Source: Octopus vulgaris
Taxonomy: Eukaryota
Length of the DNA: 64,000 bases
NCBI GenBank assembly: GCA_951406725.2
Contig: OX597822.1
Location: 18,786,001-18,850,000 of the forward strand
Direction of reading: 5' to 3'
In this document: positions 27,441-39,609 of the stretch, in pieces
Position numbering within the stretch: the first letter of the stretch is position 1
Layout: each line of letters opens with the position of its first letter
Made by a program: the position numbers and the translations under genes
The notes under the pieces: generated by a model
The model's input: the letters and a program-made list of their open reading frames with translations, nothing else
Told to the model about the DNA's origin: nothing
Database searches by the model: none

Positions 27441-28630
27441 AGAAGAGACCAAGTTTGATTGCTTGCATTAAACATGGAAAAGTAGGTGCAAATACAACTG
27501 AATGGTTTGCAAATTTGCTTTGCCACCATGAGGTCCTGGGTTCAATCCCACTCTATGGCACATTGAGCAAATACATTAACCACAGCTTTTGGCTTGCTCA
27601 AAGCCTTGGATGCGAATCTGAACTGGCAGAAACCATATATAAATTCCATCAGAAGGACTGTACCTGTATTTCAAAACCCAGTCTTGTTACACTTGTGTCA
27701 CACGAATTTTAAGAATTACATAGAAGATACGTGTCTGTGGAATACTTGATCACTTTGCATGCTAAACTAATAAGTAGGTTGTCTAATTAATTGAACAACT
27801 GTAAACTCATACATTAAAATTGATGGGAGAGGCCATCATCATTTCAACATCCACTTTTCTTTGCTTGCATGGGTCAGATGGAATAACCGGATGCCTTTCC
27901 TATCACCAACACTTGCCTGATACCAAACAAGGTATTTTTTCCTCTCATGAAAGATTTCAATCAAACAACACCTATTAAGAGAAGATGACACTTGTTTACA
28001 ACTATTGTGTGATATCAAAAGAATGGAAACACACACACACATTCACACATACATATCTGCATGTGTGCATACACACACATACACACATACACACACGCCA
28101 CAATAAGCTTCTTTCAGTTTCCAGTTAATAAATCCACTCACAAAGCTTTGATAAACCCAGGCTACAGAAGAAGACACTTACCCAAAGTGTTTGCACTATA
28201 GCACATCACGGGATTGAACTCAAAACCCTACAGTTGGTAAGCAATCTTCTTAACCACCCAGCCACAGCCATGCTTGCACTTATTTCCATCATATTTAAAA
28301 AGAATATTGTCATCCCCGAATATAGACAAATTACAAACCAACCAAAATATAACAAAGCTAGGAAGACAATTCCAAAACAATATGCCCTTATAAGCTGGCT
28401 ACAGGTAGAGAATTTCTAAAGAAATTTTTAACTAATTGCCTCACATTTTTCAATTTTATTGGAATCATAACTTGTATCATACAGTCAGGTCATAGTCATA
28501 ACCTGACATTATTAACAGTCATAAGATAATTTTAGTGTGTCATTATGACAATATATGTCATTGTTCTGATTTATTCATTGAAAGACGAAAAGAAAATAAT
28601 ACATTAATGTTCTTTTGCATTAAAATTGCA

Positions 28631-28667
<37 letters not shown>

Positions 28668-28879
28668 TTAAATGAGAATAATCTCTAAAAAATTTAGACT
28701 AAGATTTTGCAGAATCTTTTTCTTGCTTTTTAAATCTTATCGACAGAAAAATTGCGAAAGAATCATTAAGAAAGCTAATTACAATACTCATCAAATGTGC
28801 AAAAGCTGAACAGCTTTAAGTATTCACACATTTGTAACATTTTCATTTTCAAACATATCTGTGTTTTTTAACACTTTTC

Positions 28880-29272
28880 TTTCTTCAGCCATTGGATTGC
28901 AGCCATGCTGGAGCAATTCCTTGATGGGTTTAGTTGTGCAAATCAACTGTAGTACTTAGTTTTAAGTGTAGCATTTATTCTGTCAGTCTCTTTTGCTGAA
29001 CTGATTAGTTCAGTAAATAAACCAACACCAGTCATCAAGCAGTGGTGTGAACATAAACACAAAGGCACACATATATATATATACATATAACTATATATAT
29101 ACACACATACACACACACACATGCACACACACATGCATGCACACACACACAACAAGCTTCCAAACAGTTTCTTGGCACCAAATTCACTCACAAGACATTC
29201 GTTAGCCCAGGCTTTCTAGAACTGAACCCAAAACCACATGGTTGCAAAGTGATCTTAACCACGCAGGTATGC
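28880..29272 (-). mobile_element. tRNA-derived SINE (major family)
   Basis: Antisense copy with the same tail, internal (CA)n and head. Confidence 0.7.
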
Positions 29273-29282
29273 ACCCACTTGT

Positions 29283-29632
29283 TACCTCCACCCTGTTACT
29301 TGTTACTTCCAAGGTGGAAGTATTGTTTTCTGTCGTGTTTGTTTGTTTGTCTGTGGACAAGACATCTCAAGAACCACTGGATGGATTTGGATGAAACTTT
29401 CAGGGATGTTTGGCCTCATGACTGGCATGCACTGATTAGATTTGGGGATTGATCCAGTTTTTTTTTTCATTTAATTTTTTAGAGTTGTTTGGGTCATTTT
29501 TAGCGTTCTTGTTTGTGAGAGCAAACAACTTTATTTCAGATATTCTCATTTTAAAAAATCATCTCCAGCTAAACATTGAGAGGATGCTGGTGTTGCCTTG
29601 GTGGAGGTTTGCACTCTCTGAGTGCTCTTGTT
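29283..29632 (+). mobile_element. Helentron/DINE-1-like non-autonomous element (HINE)
   Basis: Sub-terminal inverted repeats acctccacc / ggtggaggt, a (GTTT/GTCT) microsatellite near the 5' end, and a 3' hairpin gcactc-tct-gagtgc followed by TT. Confidence 0.75.
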
Positions 29633-29817
29633 TATTTTGTTTTGCTTTGTTTTCCATGCCAGGATAAATTTGCAAGGGTATTCATTGGGGTATTTATGGG
29701 TAGAGGTTATTAATTTAGTGTGCAAAACACAACTACACCTACAGTCTTCTTGGGTCTTCTATGAGCAACAACAGTGATGCTGTCAGTGTTCCATTCAATG
29801 ACTTCTACTCTTTGTCT

Positions 29818-30045
29818 GTTTAGCATTCAGATTGCTTTTTTTTAAATCAAAATAATGGGAATAAATAATATTCCCATTATTTTGAATTAATCCTGCCTTA
29901 TCTTGTATCTTTGTATTTTGATGATGGAATTGCTTATTTTTAGAACGACATTGTAAGGTAAGTGTGAGAGGTGAGATCTGACTGTTTTGAAGATAAAATG
30001 AGTGGAGTATTTGGACTGGACATGACTGGATTAAATGCTAAACTG
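29818..30045. mobile_element. piggyBac-like MITE (older, inverted relative of 53134-53348)
   Basis: Ends tttagcatt / aatgctaaa; the interior resembles the reverse complement of 53134-53348. Confidence 0.5.
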
Positions 30046-30137
30046 TTGAAACCAGTACTTGGAGGTTTTGAAGGCCTTCTGCAGACAACCCTCCCTATAT
30101 GCAAAGTATTCATGCCAGGGTCTCCTGTTTTAGGATA

Positions 30138-30200
<63 letters not shown>

Positions 30201-30758
30201 TCCTCCCCCTCCCCTATCTCACTTGGCTCTACAAAAGGTCATAGGCATTTCTTTCCTTCCTGACTAAAAGATTACATAAAAAATATATATATATATCAGT
30301 GGCTGCCAGAATAAACATGTACAAAGAAGGATTTCCAAGGAAGTGACATTTAGAGGAGGAATGAGTGGGTGTGGAAATTGGTGTGGGGTCTGAGAAATGG
30401 ACACACTATGAGTGACAAGAAGAGAAGAGACATATAAGTGAGAATATCAAATTGGAGATCTTCCAGACCAACCTGCTAGAATAGGTTTGATATTTGTATG
30501 AACCATGGGAGAATATTATTGGGGGTAAATAGGGTTTTTTGTTTTTAACTTGATTTTGTGAAAATGGGGATGAACTAATGGTTTTTGCAGGCCCTCCATG
30601 ATTATTAGAATTAATGCAATTAATCTTAATTGCTTCCCTAATATGAACTCAACTTTGGTTTTAAGTTGAAGAGTTTTGAGTGTGCTGGTAGCCAACTTCA
30701 TGTCAATCCATGTCGTGGCCCTTCTTTGGATGCAGTCTAAGGTGTTTGCATGAATATA

Positions 30759-31633
30759 TGTAGTCTGATCAATAAGTATCCAGACTGTTGCCATAGTAAA
30801 GAAGCTAAAGCATGCAGAGTGAAGCTGCTCAGCACAGATTGACCATGAACTCTGCTGTGCATGCGCATTGAAGTTTAACATCACTTCCACTGTTTACAGC
30901 AGTGCCTGAAAGGAAGGTGTGTAGCATGTGATTGTCGCATTGACCATGATAGAGAAAGCTGAGCAAAGAATTTGCCTTAAATTTTGCCAGATGCTTGGCA
31001 ATACCTGTTCAGAGGCCTATGCAAAGTTTTCAAAAAATTTCTATCATTCTCGACACAATCAAGGAGATCTTGTGCAGCTGAAACCCAAGTGTCTTTTTGG
31101 TAAGCTGAAAGCAGTTTTGGCACAAACTTGGCAGACATACGTCTCAAACCCAAATCTTCAGTGATACTGAACCATAACTAATCTACACACCCTCTGATAA
31201 CTCACGGATGGTGATTCGACGATTTCCCCTCACAGCTGCATGCACATCAGCAATATTTTTCTCAGTTCTGCTGGTTGCATGTCTCCCAGGACATTCGTCA
31301 ATATCATTTTTTTTCCCATCTTGAAAATGTCTGAATCACTTATGCACTTGTATGTAGCTCATACACTCCTCTCCATACAATAAGTATCCGAACTGCTGCA
31401 CAGGCCTCTGAGCAGGTATTGCCATGACAACTTTGTCATAGTCAATGTGATGATCACATGCTACACACCTTCCTTCCAAGCACTGCTCTAAGCAAGAGAA
31501 GTGTGGTAGAATGTTAAAACTTAGTGCACATATACAGCAGAGTTCAAGGTCAATTTTTGCCAAGTAGCTTCACTCTGTGTGCTTTAGCTGCATTGCTATC
31601 GCAGCAGTCTGGATACTTATTGATCAAACTTCG
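30759..31633. mobile_element. Fold-back mariner derivative made of two inverted 5' ends
   Basis: TA flanks; termini tgtagtctgatcaataagtatccagactg / cagtctggatacttattgatcaaacttcg. The + arm encodes MIEKAEQRICLKFCQMLGNTCSEAYAK; the - arm encodes YGEECMS...TEDLGLRRMSAKFVPKLL...DLLDCVENDRNFLKT. Confidence 0.85.
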
Positions 31634-32629
31634 TAAGCAGGAAGACTTTCCCAGATTTAGGTCACTTCTCCCCTTTCTGTTACATTTGAACTTTATAGAG
31701 ATTTAGCAATTGATAAATACTGAAATATTTTCTTGTGCAGAAGAGTCTTTGTAATGTCAGGTATGTCTTTACCAGGAGAGATCCTCAGTAATGTTAAGAA
31801 GGCCTGGCAATTGTAGCTATCTTGACAATCCTAGTTACACACTGTTCTTGTATAGGAGTGGAGTACAATATTCTTGATATTTTCTTGATATGTTGTAACT
31901 GTATCAAGTTTCTTAATTTTGATAATGCAATTATGAGAAAAGCTCATTTGCTATACTTTGCTGGGGAAACCTAGAGCGGATTTGCTTCTGGCTGATCTGA
32001 AAATGACAAATGAAGAGACACTCAGAAGAATTTGCAGTACATAGATCTGTATATGTGGTTTGTCAAATGGGATTCTCAAAGTATCATCTGAATGAAATGT
32101 TGCCTCTCACTAAGTAAATTAATATCTCAAATGCTGCAGCATGTCTTGTGTACGTTTAACACAGTCCGCTGCATGGAAATTGATAATAAGTAACATTATG
32201 AATTATGTAATAGAAGTACTGTAACCCAGAACAGACAAAGTAAGAAGTAATACATTATATATTTGTTTAATCACTCATTGAGCAGAGTGACACAGTGGAA
32301 TCATGATGGACCACAGATCAAAACTATGCTCTGTGAAGAAATGGATGTCATATTTGATATTTATATATTATATATAAGGTTTCTTCAAATATACTAACCA
32401 AATATTCTTGTGGTCAGAGATGACAACAACACCAGCAGGACCTTTCTTTTGGTATAAAGGATAAGGTTAAAAGACCTTAAGAAATGGAATACTGCCAATA
32501 TTCACATATTTCTCATTTCTTGAAAAATTGTACATCTTACAAATGACTACTACATTTTTTCTCTTTCTTCACCACCAGAAAGCTCTTTCTTCACCACAGC
32601 ATCATATATCTTGTGGACATTCAGACACC

Positions 32630-32878
32630 AAGGAATGCTATTGCTAGATAGCTGTTGAGCCTGCACTAGGTTCATCCAACCTTTCAACAGGTTTAAAAAC
32701 AAGGTTTAACCTTATTTTTAAACCTGCTGGATTTCTAGCAACCCTCCTCACCAGGATAGCCTGGTGGGGGTGCCAGTTTAGTCACCAGCAACCCAACCAT
32801 GCAACAGGTTGTACTAGATTCCATGTTACCAGTAGCACTTATGAGAGCCTCATAAGTGTCAGGTCACTTATGAGACAT
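32630..32878 (-). mobile_element. Probable RTE-type 5' UTR fragment (paralogue of 36200-36745)
   Basis: About 250 bp closely similar to 36520-36745; abuts ACATACATGCATG at the same position. Confidence 0.6.
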
Positions 32879-32889
32879 ACATGCATGGT

Positions 32890-34010
32890 CCACTTCTGTC
32901 TTTCAGTCTAATCACCATCTGGAAATTCGCTCAGACCAAACTTTGGTCTGTCCATCATTCCGATCCATGAAAGGACTTAATATTACAAATGTCATAGACA
33001 TCGTGCTTGCAGATGATGACATAATCCAGCAAGTGCTAAACTTTAGGCCTTGGATGCATCCATATTGTTGTGTGATTACCTTTGTGCACAAAATGAGTGC
33101 TTGCAATGTAAAGTCCATGTTCATCGCAAAGCTCCAGCAGCATAAGACCATTGCTATTCAATTTCCTTACTCCAAAACATCCTAGAAAGTTCTATGTTTG
33201 CCAGTCTGTTCCAACCCTGACATTGAAATCCCCCAGTAGAATGACTTTATCAGAGTTGGGGAGTTTTCTAAGTATGGCTCTCAGCTGGGTATAGAAAATA
33301 GTTTTATCTTCATCACAGCTAGTCAAAGTAGGTGCATAGACACTTATTAGAGTAGCAAACTACTCACCTTTCAGGTGCAGTCATAGAGTCATTAAACATT
33401 CATTTATAGGAACAGGAAGCTCCTCCAACTTCTTAATGATATCAAATCGAACTGCAAAGCCAACACCAGCTTCTCTGCACTCTGCCTTCTGCCTCCCCTT
33501 CCATAAGAAGGTGTACCCACCTCCTACTTCCTCAAGCTGACCATCACCTTCTATATGAGTCTCTGAAAGTGCAGCTATATCAATGTTATAGCAGTTCAGC
33601 TCATGAGCAACAAGTGCAGTGCATCATTCGGGCCTACAATCACTCTTGTTATCCAACAGATTGCACACATTCCAACTAAGTTCCATCCAGGTTTTGTTAA
33701 AAAAAGTCTTTTTGTTTTTCGAGCGCAGGGTGGACATCTGTCAGTTGCACTAAACTGACCAGATATAGAAAGACAGGCAATTTTTGGTTCACTTTTTCTA
33801 GAACCTCCCTGGCCTCTGGGTGAGCAGTACCCTCTCTAAATGGAGCTGCTCAGACACCCATGCAGCAACCGAATCCTACTGCTGTCTTGGGTGACAAGGT
33901 AACAACTTTATACTTCTAGCATGGGCCACCTACGTGTAGGTCACTGATTACATGCTTCCAACATGTCAGGTCTGCATGCTCCACCACCTGCCCATCACTG
34001 CAGGACTTCT
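32890..34010 (-). mobile_element. RTE-clade LINE 5' fragment (AP-endonuclease pseudogene)
   Basis: Minus-strand WNVCNL...ALVAHELNCYNIDIAALSET...EEVGGGYTFLWKG...GVGFAV...SVYAPTL...GDFNVRVG, with stops. Confidence 0.8.
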
Positions 34011-34105
34011 GAATAAAATTAAAATATGCTAAAAATATATAAATACATGCTAGCATGGAAAGCAGATGCTAAACGATGATGATACTAAAAGTAAAGATAC
34101 AGATA

Positions 34106-34272
34106 TAGGCATAGGAGTGGCTGTGCGGTAAGTAGCTTGCTTACCAACCACATGGTTCCGGGTTCAGTCCCACTGCGTGGCACCTTGGGCAAGTGTCTTC
34201 TACTATAGCCTCGAGCCAACCAAAGCCTTGTGAGTGGATTTAGTAGATGGAAACTGGAAGAAGCCTGTAGTA

Positions 34273-34341
<69 letters not shown>

Positions 34342-34378
34342 AGTATATATGTATATATATATATATATCTTTAATTTA

Positions 34379-34426
<48 letters not shown>

Positions 34427-36140
34427 TAAATTAAAGATAAAACCACTATTAGGCAAATCAAACAGTGAAAAACATAAACCAAAATTTAAAATTAAATTAT
34501 TTAAATTTAAAATTTTTAATTTATATTTATAGATTTTTATATTTTTTATATTTTTTAAATTTTAAATTTATAAATTTTTAAACTTTTCATTTTTAATATT
34601 TATATTTATTTATTTATTTATATATTTTTATAACTATCAAAAAGTATAAAAAAGTTTAATATAATGTAATAAGTAAAACCACTACATACGTTTCATGGCC
34701 ATAACCCAATTCGAATTACAATAATTTAAATTCAATTAAAAATTCGAATTATAATCATAGTCAATCTTCAGGTTAAAGATAATAGTTAAATAGATAAGCA
34801 AATATATTTAAACAATATTTTTTAAGAAATAAATAAAATAATAATTTTTCTTATAAAAACCCTATTATCAAATTAGAAACTTTAACGATTAGGATTATTT
34901 CATACAATCCAATTATAATGTTAAATATTAATTTTTAAGGTAAAAATAGATATAAAATGGCTATAAAAACCTAATAAAGTCACGAATAACCTAATCTAAG
35001 TTATAGTCAATATCTAATTACCAAATTATTTAACAAAAAAGTAATCACTATTCATATTTTTAAATCTAAGTTCAAATCTAATAATTATAAAATATTTAAG
35101 AATAATAACTAAATTATTATCAATAAATATTAAGATCTAAAATTTTCTCTATCAATAAATATATATACGTATAATGAAAACTAAATAAATTAATTATTCC
35201 ATTATTATTTACGAAATATATTAAAAAATTAAAGATGAAAAAGCAAATTATAAACGTATAACCTATCTTTAAAAAACCGTATAACTATTTAACGATCAAT
35301 ATATCTCGTTGGCCAATTAGTAACTTACAAAAACCGTATAGTTATAATCTAATAATGAAATACATATCTTCAACAACTAAATACTTATACAATCAAATTA
35401 TCAATCCTTAGTTATATAGTATTGAATATAATACAAAATAACATAAATTATTAAAATAACTTTAATAAAAAGGTTTACTTAGCTTTTAAAAAATTGTGTC
35501 ATTAACTAAACTAATAATAAACAAATGGAAAATTCTTTCAACACTGAAAACTACGAATATATTTTATCAATGAAAAATACTAATACAAATTATCAATGGA
35601 AATGGCTATATTTAAGCTATAATAGAACAAAGTCACTATTAGAGATATCTATGAATATATAATATGGCTTAAAAAAACATAATAAACTCACAAATATCCT
35701 TAACTCAGTTATAGTCCAAAAATTTAATTACCAAATTATTTAACTAAATAATCATTATTCATATTTAAGATTTAAGTACACATCTAATAATTATAAAATA
35801 TTTAAGAATAATAACTAAATTATTATCAACAAATATAGTGATTAAAATCTAAAATTTACGCTATCAATAAATTTATAGACATATAAAGAAAAATAAATAA
35901 ATTAATTTATCCAATACTACTTACATAAATATTGTGTCTATGTTTGTCCCCCCACCATTGCTTGACAACCGATGCTGTTGTGTTTACATCCCCGAAACTT
36001 AGCAGTTCGGTGAAAGAGTCCGATAGAATAAGTACTAGGCTTACAAAGAATAAGTTCTGAGGTCGATTTCTCGATTAAAAAAGGCAGTGCTCCAGCATGG
36101 CCACAGTCAAATGACTGAAACAAGTAAAAGAGTAAAAGAA
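34106..36140 (+). mobile_element. tRNA-derived SINE split by a 1.5-kb insertion in its internal (TA)n
   Basis: Head 34106-34270 (A box tggctgtgcggtaag, B box ggttcagtccc). The body and tail resume at ~35933 (tgtgtctatgtttgtcccccc...tccagcatggccacagtcaaatgactgaaacaagtaaaagagtaaaagaa). Confidence 0.85.
34421..35932 (-). mobile_element. Extremely AT-rich insertion, probably Penelope-like derived, with a degenerate hammerhead motif and an internal ~260-bp direct repeat
   Basis: Inserted at (TA)n; minus-strand CTGAAGA...GAAACGTATGTA at 34676-34775; direct repeat ~34957-35215 vs ~35663-35930; no ORF. Confidence 0.5.
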
Positions 36141-36199
36141 TACATATATACTAGAAATAAAATAAATATATATTGGGGAAAAAAAGGCACATATCAAGC

Positions 36200-36745
36200 A
36201 GAGGTCAGCAATGCCTGTGCAGAATTTTAGGTCCAATATGGGTTGCATGACACCTCATAGACCCTCTCCATTTTATTGACATTATCCAGAGACAAGTCGG
36301 AGCAAGATATCTGGTGCCAATATGAGTCACAGGCTCAGGGATGTGGGTGCCCCATGATCTCTAGCACTTACCAAAGATCCCCAAAATGTCCATTCCCTGC
36401 ATATCTAGCTTTATATCAGAATGACCTTCTCCTAGAGACATGCTTCTTGAGGAGCTGAGGGGTACCTCACTCCCAGTGGTCTTTCAGCATGCCGGACACC
36501 ATCCCGGAATTTCTGCGTACTCGTGCTATTGCTAGATAGCCGTTGAGCCTGCACTAGGTTCATCCGACCTTTCAACAGGTCTTGTTTTTAATCCTAATGG
36601 GTTTCTAGCAACCCTCTGCACCAGGATAGTCTGGTGGTGGTGCCAGTTTCGTCGCCAGCAACCCAACCATGCAACAGATTGTACTGGATTCCATGTTACC
36701 AGTAGCACTTATGAGAGCCTCATAAATGTCAGGTCACTTATGAGA
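36200..36745 (-). mobile_element. Probable RTE-type 5' UTR fragment abutting (TACA)n
   Basis: Second, longer copy of 32630-32878, GC-richer than its flanks. Orientation is inferred from an RTE-UTR-like ggagaagg..ttctga motif on the minus strand. Confidence 0.55.
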
Positions 36746-37260
36746 CATGCATGCATGCATACATACAGGCATACATACATACATACATACATACATACAT
36801 ACATACATACATACATACATACATACATACATACATACATACATACATACATACATACATACATACATACATACATACATACATACATACATACATACAT
36901 ACATACATACATACATACATACATACATACATACATACATACATACATACATACATACATACATACATACATACATACATACATACATACATACATACAT
37001 ACATACATACATACATACATACATACATACATACATACATACATACATACATACATACATACATACATACATACATACATACATACATACATACATACAT
37101 ACATACATACATACATACATACATACATACATACATACATACATACATACATACATACATACATACATACATACATACATACATACATACATACATACAT
37201 ACATACATACATACATTCATTCATTCATTCATTCATTCATTCATTCATTCATTCATACAT
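36746..37260. repeat. Long perfect (TACA)n microsatellite (~110 units) followed by (TTCA)n
   Basis: Directly visible; generates six spurious ORFs. Confidence 0.97.
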
Positions 37261-39609
37261 GTACAATGGGCTTCCATACAGATTCTATCCACCAGATTCT
37301 TTCACAAGGCATTGGGTGACCCAAGGCTATAGTAGAAGGCATTTGTTCAGGGTACTGTGCAATGGAACTGAACCCAAAACCACATAGTTGTAATGGGAGC
37401 TCCTTAACCACACAGCTATAGCTGTTATCTTTTTTTCTTTTTTCACAAAGAAGTACTTGATTTAAGGAAGAATGGCAATACTCCATGGCCCTGACAGATG
37501 GTTTATGAAAGTAGTTAGCATTTAGTTTGAAATTCTAAATACTGTTATTAGACTTGTAGTTGAATGCATCTAGTAAAATACAAAAGCATTAAAAGCCTAA
37601 AGGGACCCAAACTCCCTAATGAGGTTTTCTTAGTTATGTGTTCAGATCTTACTTCATGGAAAGCCCCAAAAAATAAACTACATACCGAATATAATAATAT
37701 TTTCTTCTGAGATAATGAGAGCAAATATAACAGAAATATGTTATGTCCAAAACACACTGTATGTGAAATATTACTCTAAAACACTGAATACAAAGATATC
37801 ACCATACATGCATATTTGGAAAATATCTATTGTGTAAAGACCACATATATAGAAAATTGTATCATATAGGAAAGCATCAAATATACAAAATTTATCAAAT
37901 ATGAAGTGGTATAACAATAAAAAAAATTTGTAACTAGTAAGAAAATATTATCACTCAAATATACAGTATATTCCAGTTATGAATATATTGCAATGTAAAT
38001 GACATTTCTGTATGTGTATACATACACATACACACACACGCACACACACACATATATAAATAGATGCATTTATACATATACATACATATATATATATACA
38101 TCTATATACACATACGCACTCATGTATACATACATATATGTATATTCACATATATGTATATATATACATACACACACATATATGAATGTATACATATACA
38201 TACATGCATATACACACACACACATATACATTATATATATCACAAATTTTTAGAAAGCATATTTCATATTTTGTTATTACAAAACAAATGTACATATAAA
38301 CTGGCTAAATATTGAAATAATAAAACTCAATTGCTCATACGATCTCTAATATTCAGCTATTACAACTCAAATATTTTATATTTATCAAATATTAAAAAAA
38401 AAAGAGAAACATATCGAATATACATAAATTATGATATTAATTTAATGAGAAAACTATAGCATATTTCACTGTAGATCAAAATTGAAATATTTTCCACTCT
38501 ATTTTGGGGTTTCTTTTTTTTTTTTTAAATATTTTTCTTCTTTTTTCACACTTTCTCTTGTTTCTTATTATTTTTTTCTTATATAAACTTGAATTTTTCC
38601 CAGTCTGATGTTGTCATGGAAATAATTTGAAATTATTTACATTTCATGAGTATTTCAATTTCTTTTGTATAAACCCAAATTTCCAAGACTTTCCAACTTG
38701 TTATTTATGCAATTCTGAGATTGTTTGAGACTATTTATGCAGCTATTTTGATGCTGTCATTTCAAGTGAAAAAAACTCTTTTCAGTAAACATAAAGAAAT
38801 AATATTTAAAAAAGACATACAAGAGAGAAGTCTTGAAAAAAGCTATGAAGGGCTAATGCAATTTCTTTGAAATGAAATGAGAAGATAATTGTTGAAAAGG
38901 AGAAAAAGGGGGTTCAGAATCTTTCTTCTTTCTTCCTTTAGAGTTGTTGCTTGGTCTATAGGAACTCTCTTCTATGGATTAGAAATGATGAACATAGTTC
39001 AATTTAGCTTCTTTTTCATTCAGCTGCCCTCATTTCATCAACTGAGAGACCACTTCATTTTGTCTGATAGTCTATTCATGTTGCAGTAGTTTGTCTATAT
39101 CTTTTTGCTTGTGCCAGTAACCAAGGGATCACTGCAGCCAAGACACTGCCACCCTATACTACATAACAACAACATTTAACCTTATGAATAAATACTGATT
39201 ATGACTTCTAAGCTCCACATTTACCCTCATACGTTTTTATATAACTAAACACATCAAGTGAAAGCCATGCTAGATTCTAAAAGTAAAAATAATCCTTTCA
39301 AAGAGTGGTTAGACAGCAGGATGCCACCAGCTTCCTGTCCAGCCATAAGGTCCAAGAAATTCTGTTTTAAGGCATTTGGTGCTGCAGGAATGTCAATCTC
39401 ACTTCCAATAACACCATGTGACCTGTCTTGACCAATAGCAGCCCAGTTAGGGGTAGCTATCTTGGACTGCCTACATCACGCCATTCAGCTAACTGGGTCT
39501 AACAAACTAGGTTTCTGTAAGAAGCCTATAAAACTTTAAATTATATGGGACTGAATCAAACTGTATTAAATGATGATGATGGTGATGATGATGATGAGGA
39601 GGAGGAGGA

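Noticed and set aside
34106-34190. tRNA-like sequence with A and B boxes
   Set aside because: It is the head of a multi-copy SINE with body and tail; no convincing cloverleaf.
36709-37387. Six long ORFs (MYVC/HTYI repeats)
   Set aside because: Translations of a stop-free (TACA)n microsatellite.
38942-39089. Strong-looking acceptor followed by an open frame (VVAWSIGTLFYGLEMM...)
   Set aside because: No clear donor or recognisable homology; such acceptors are common in T-rich DNA.
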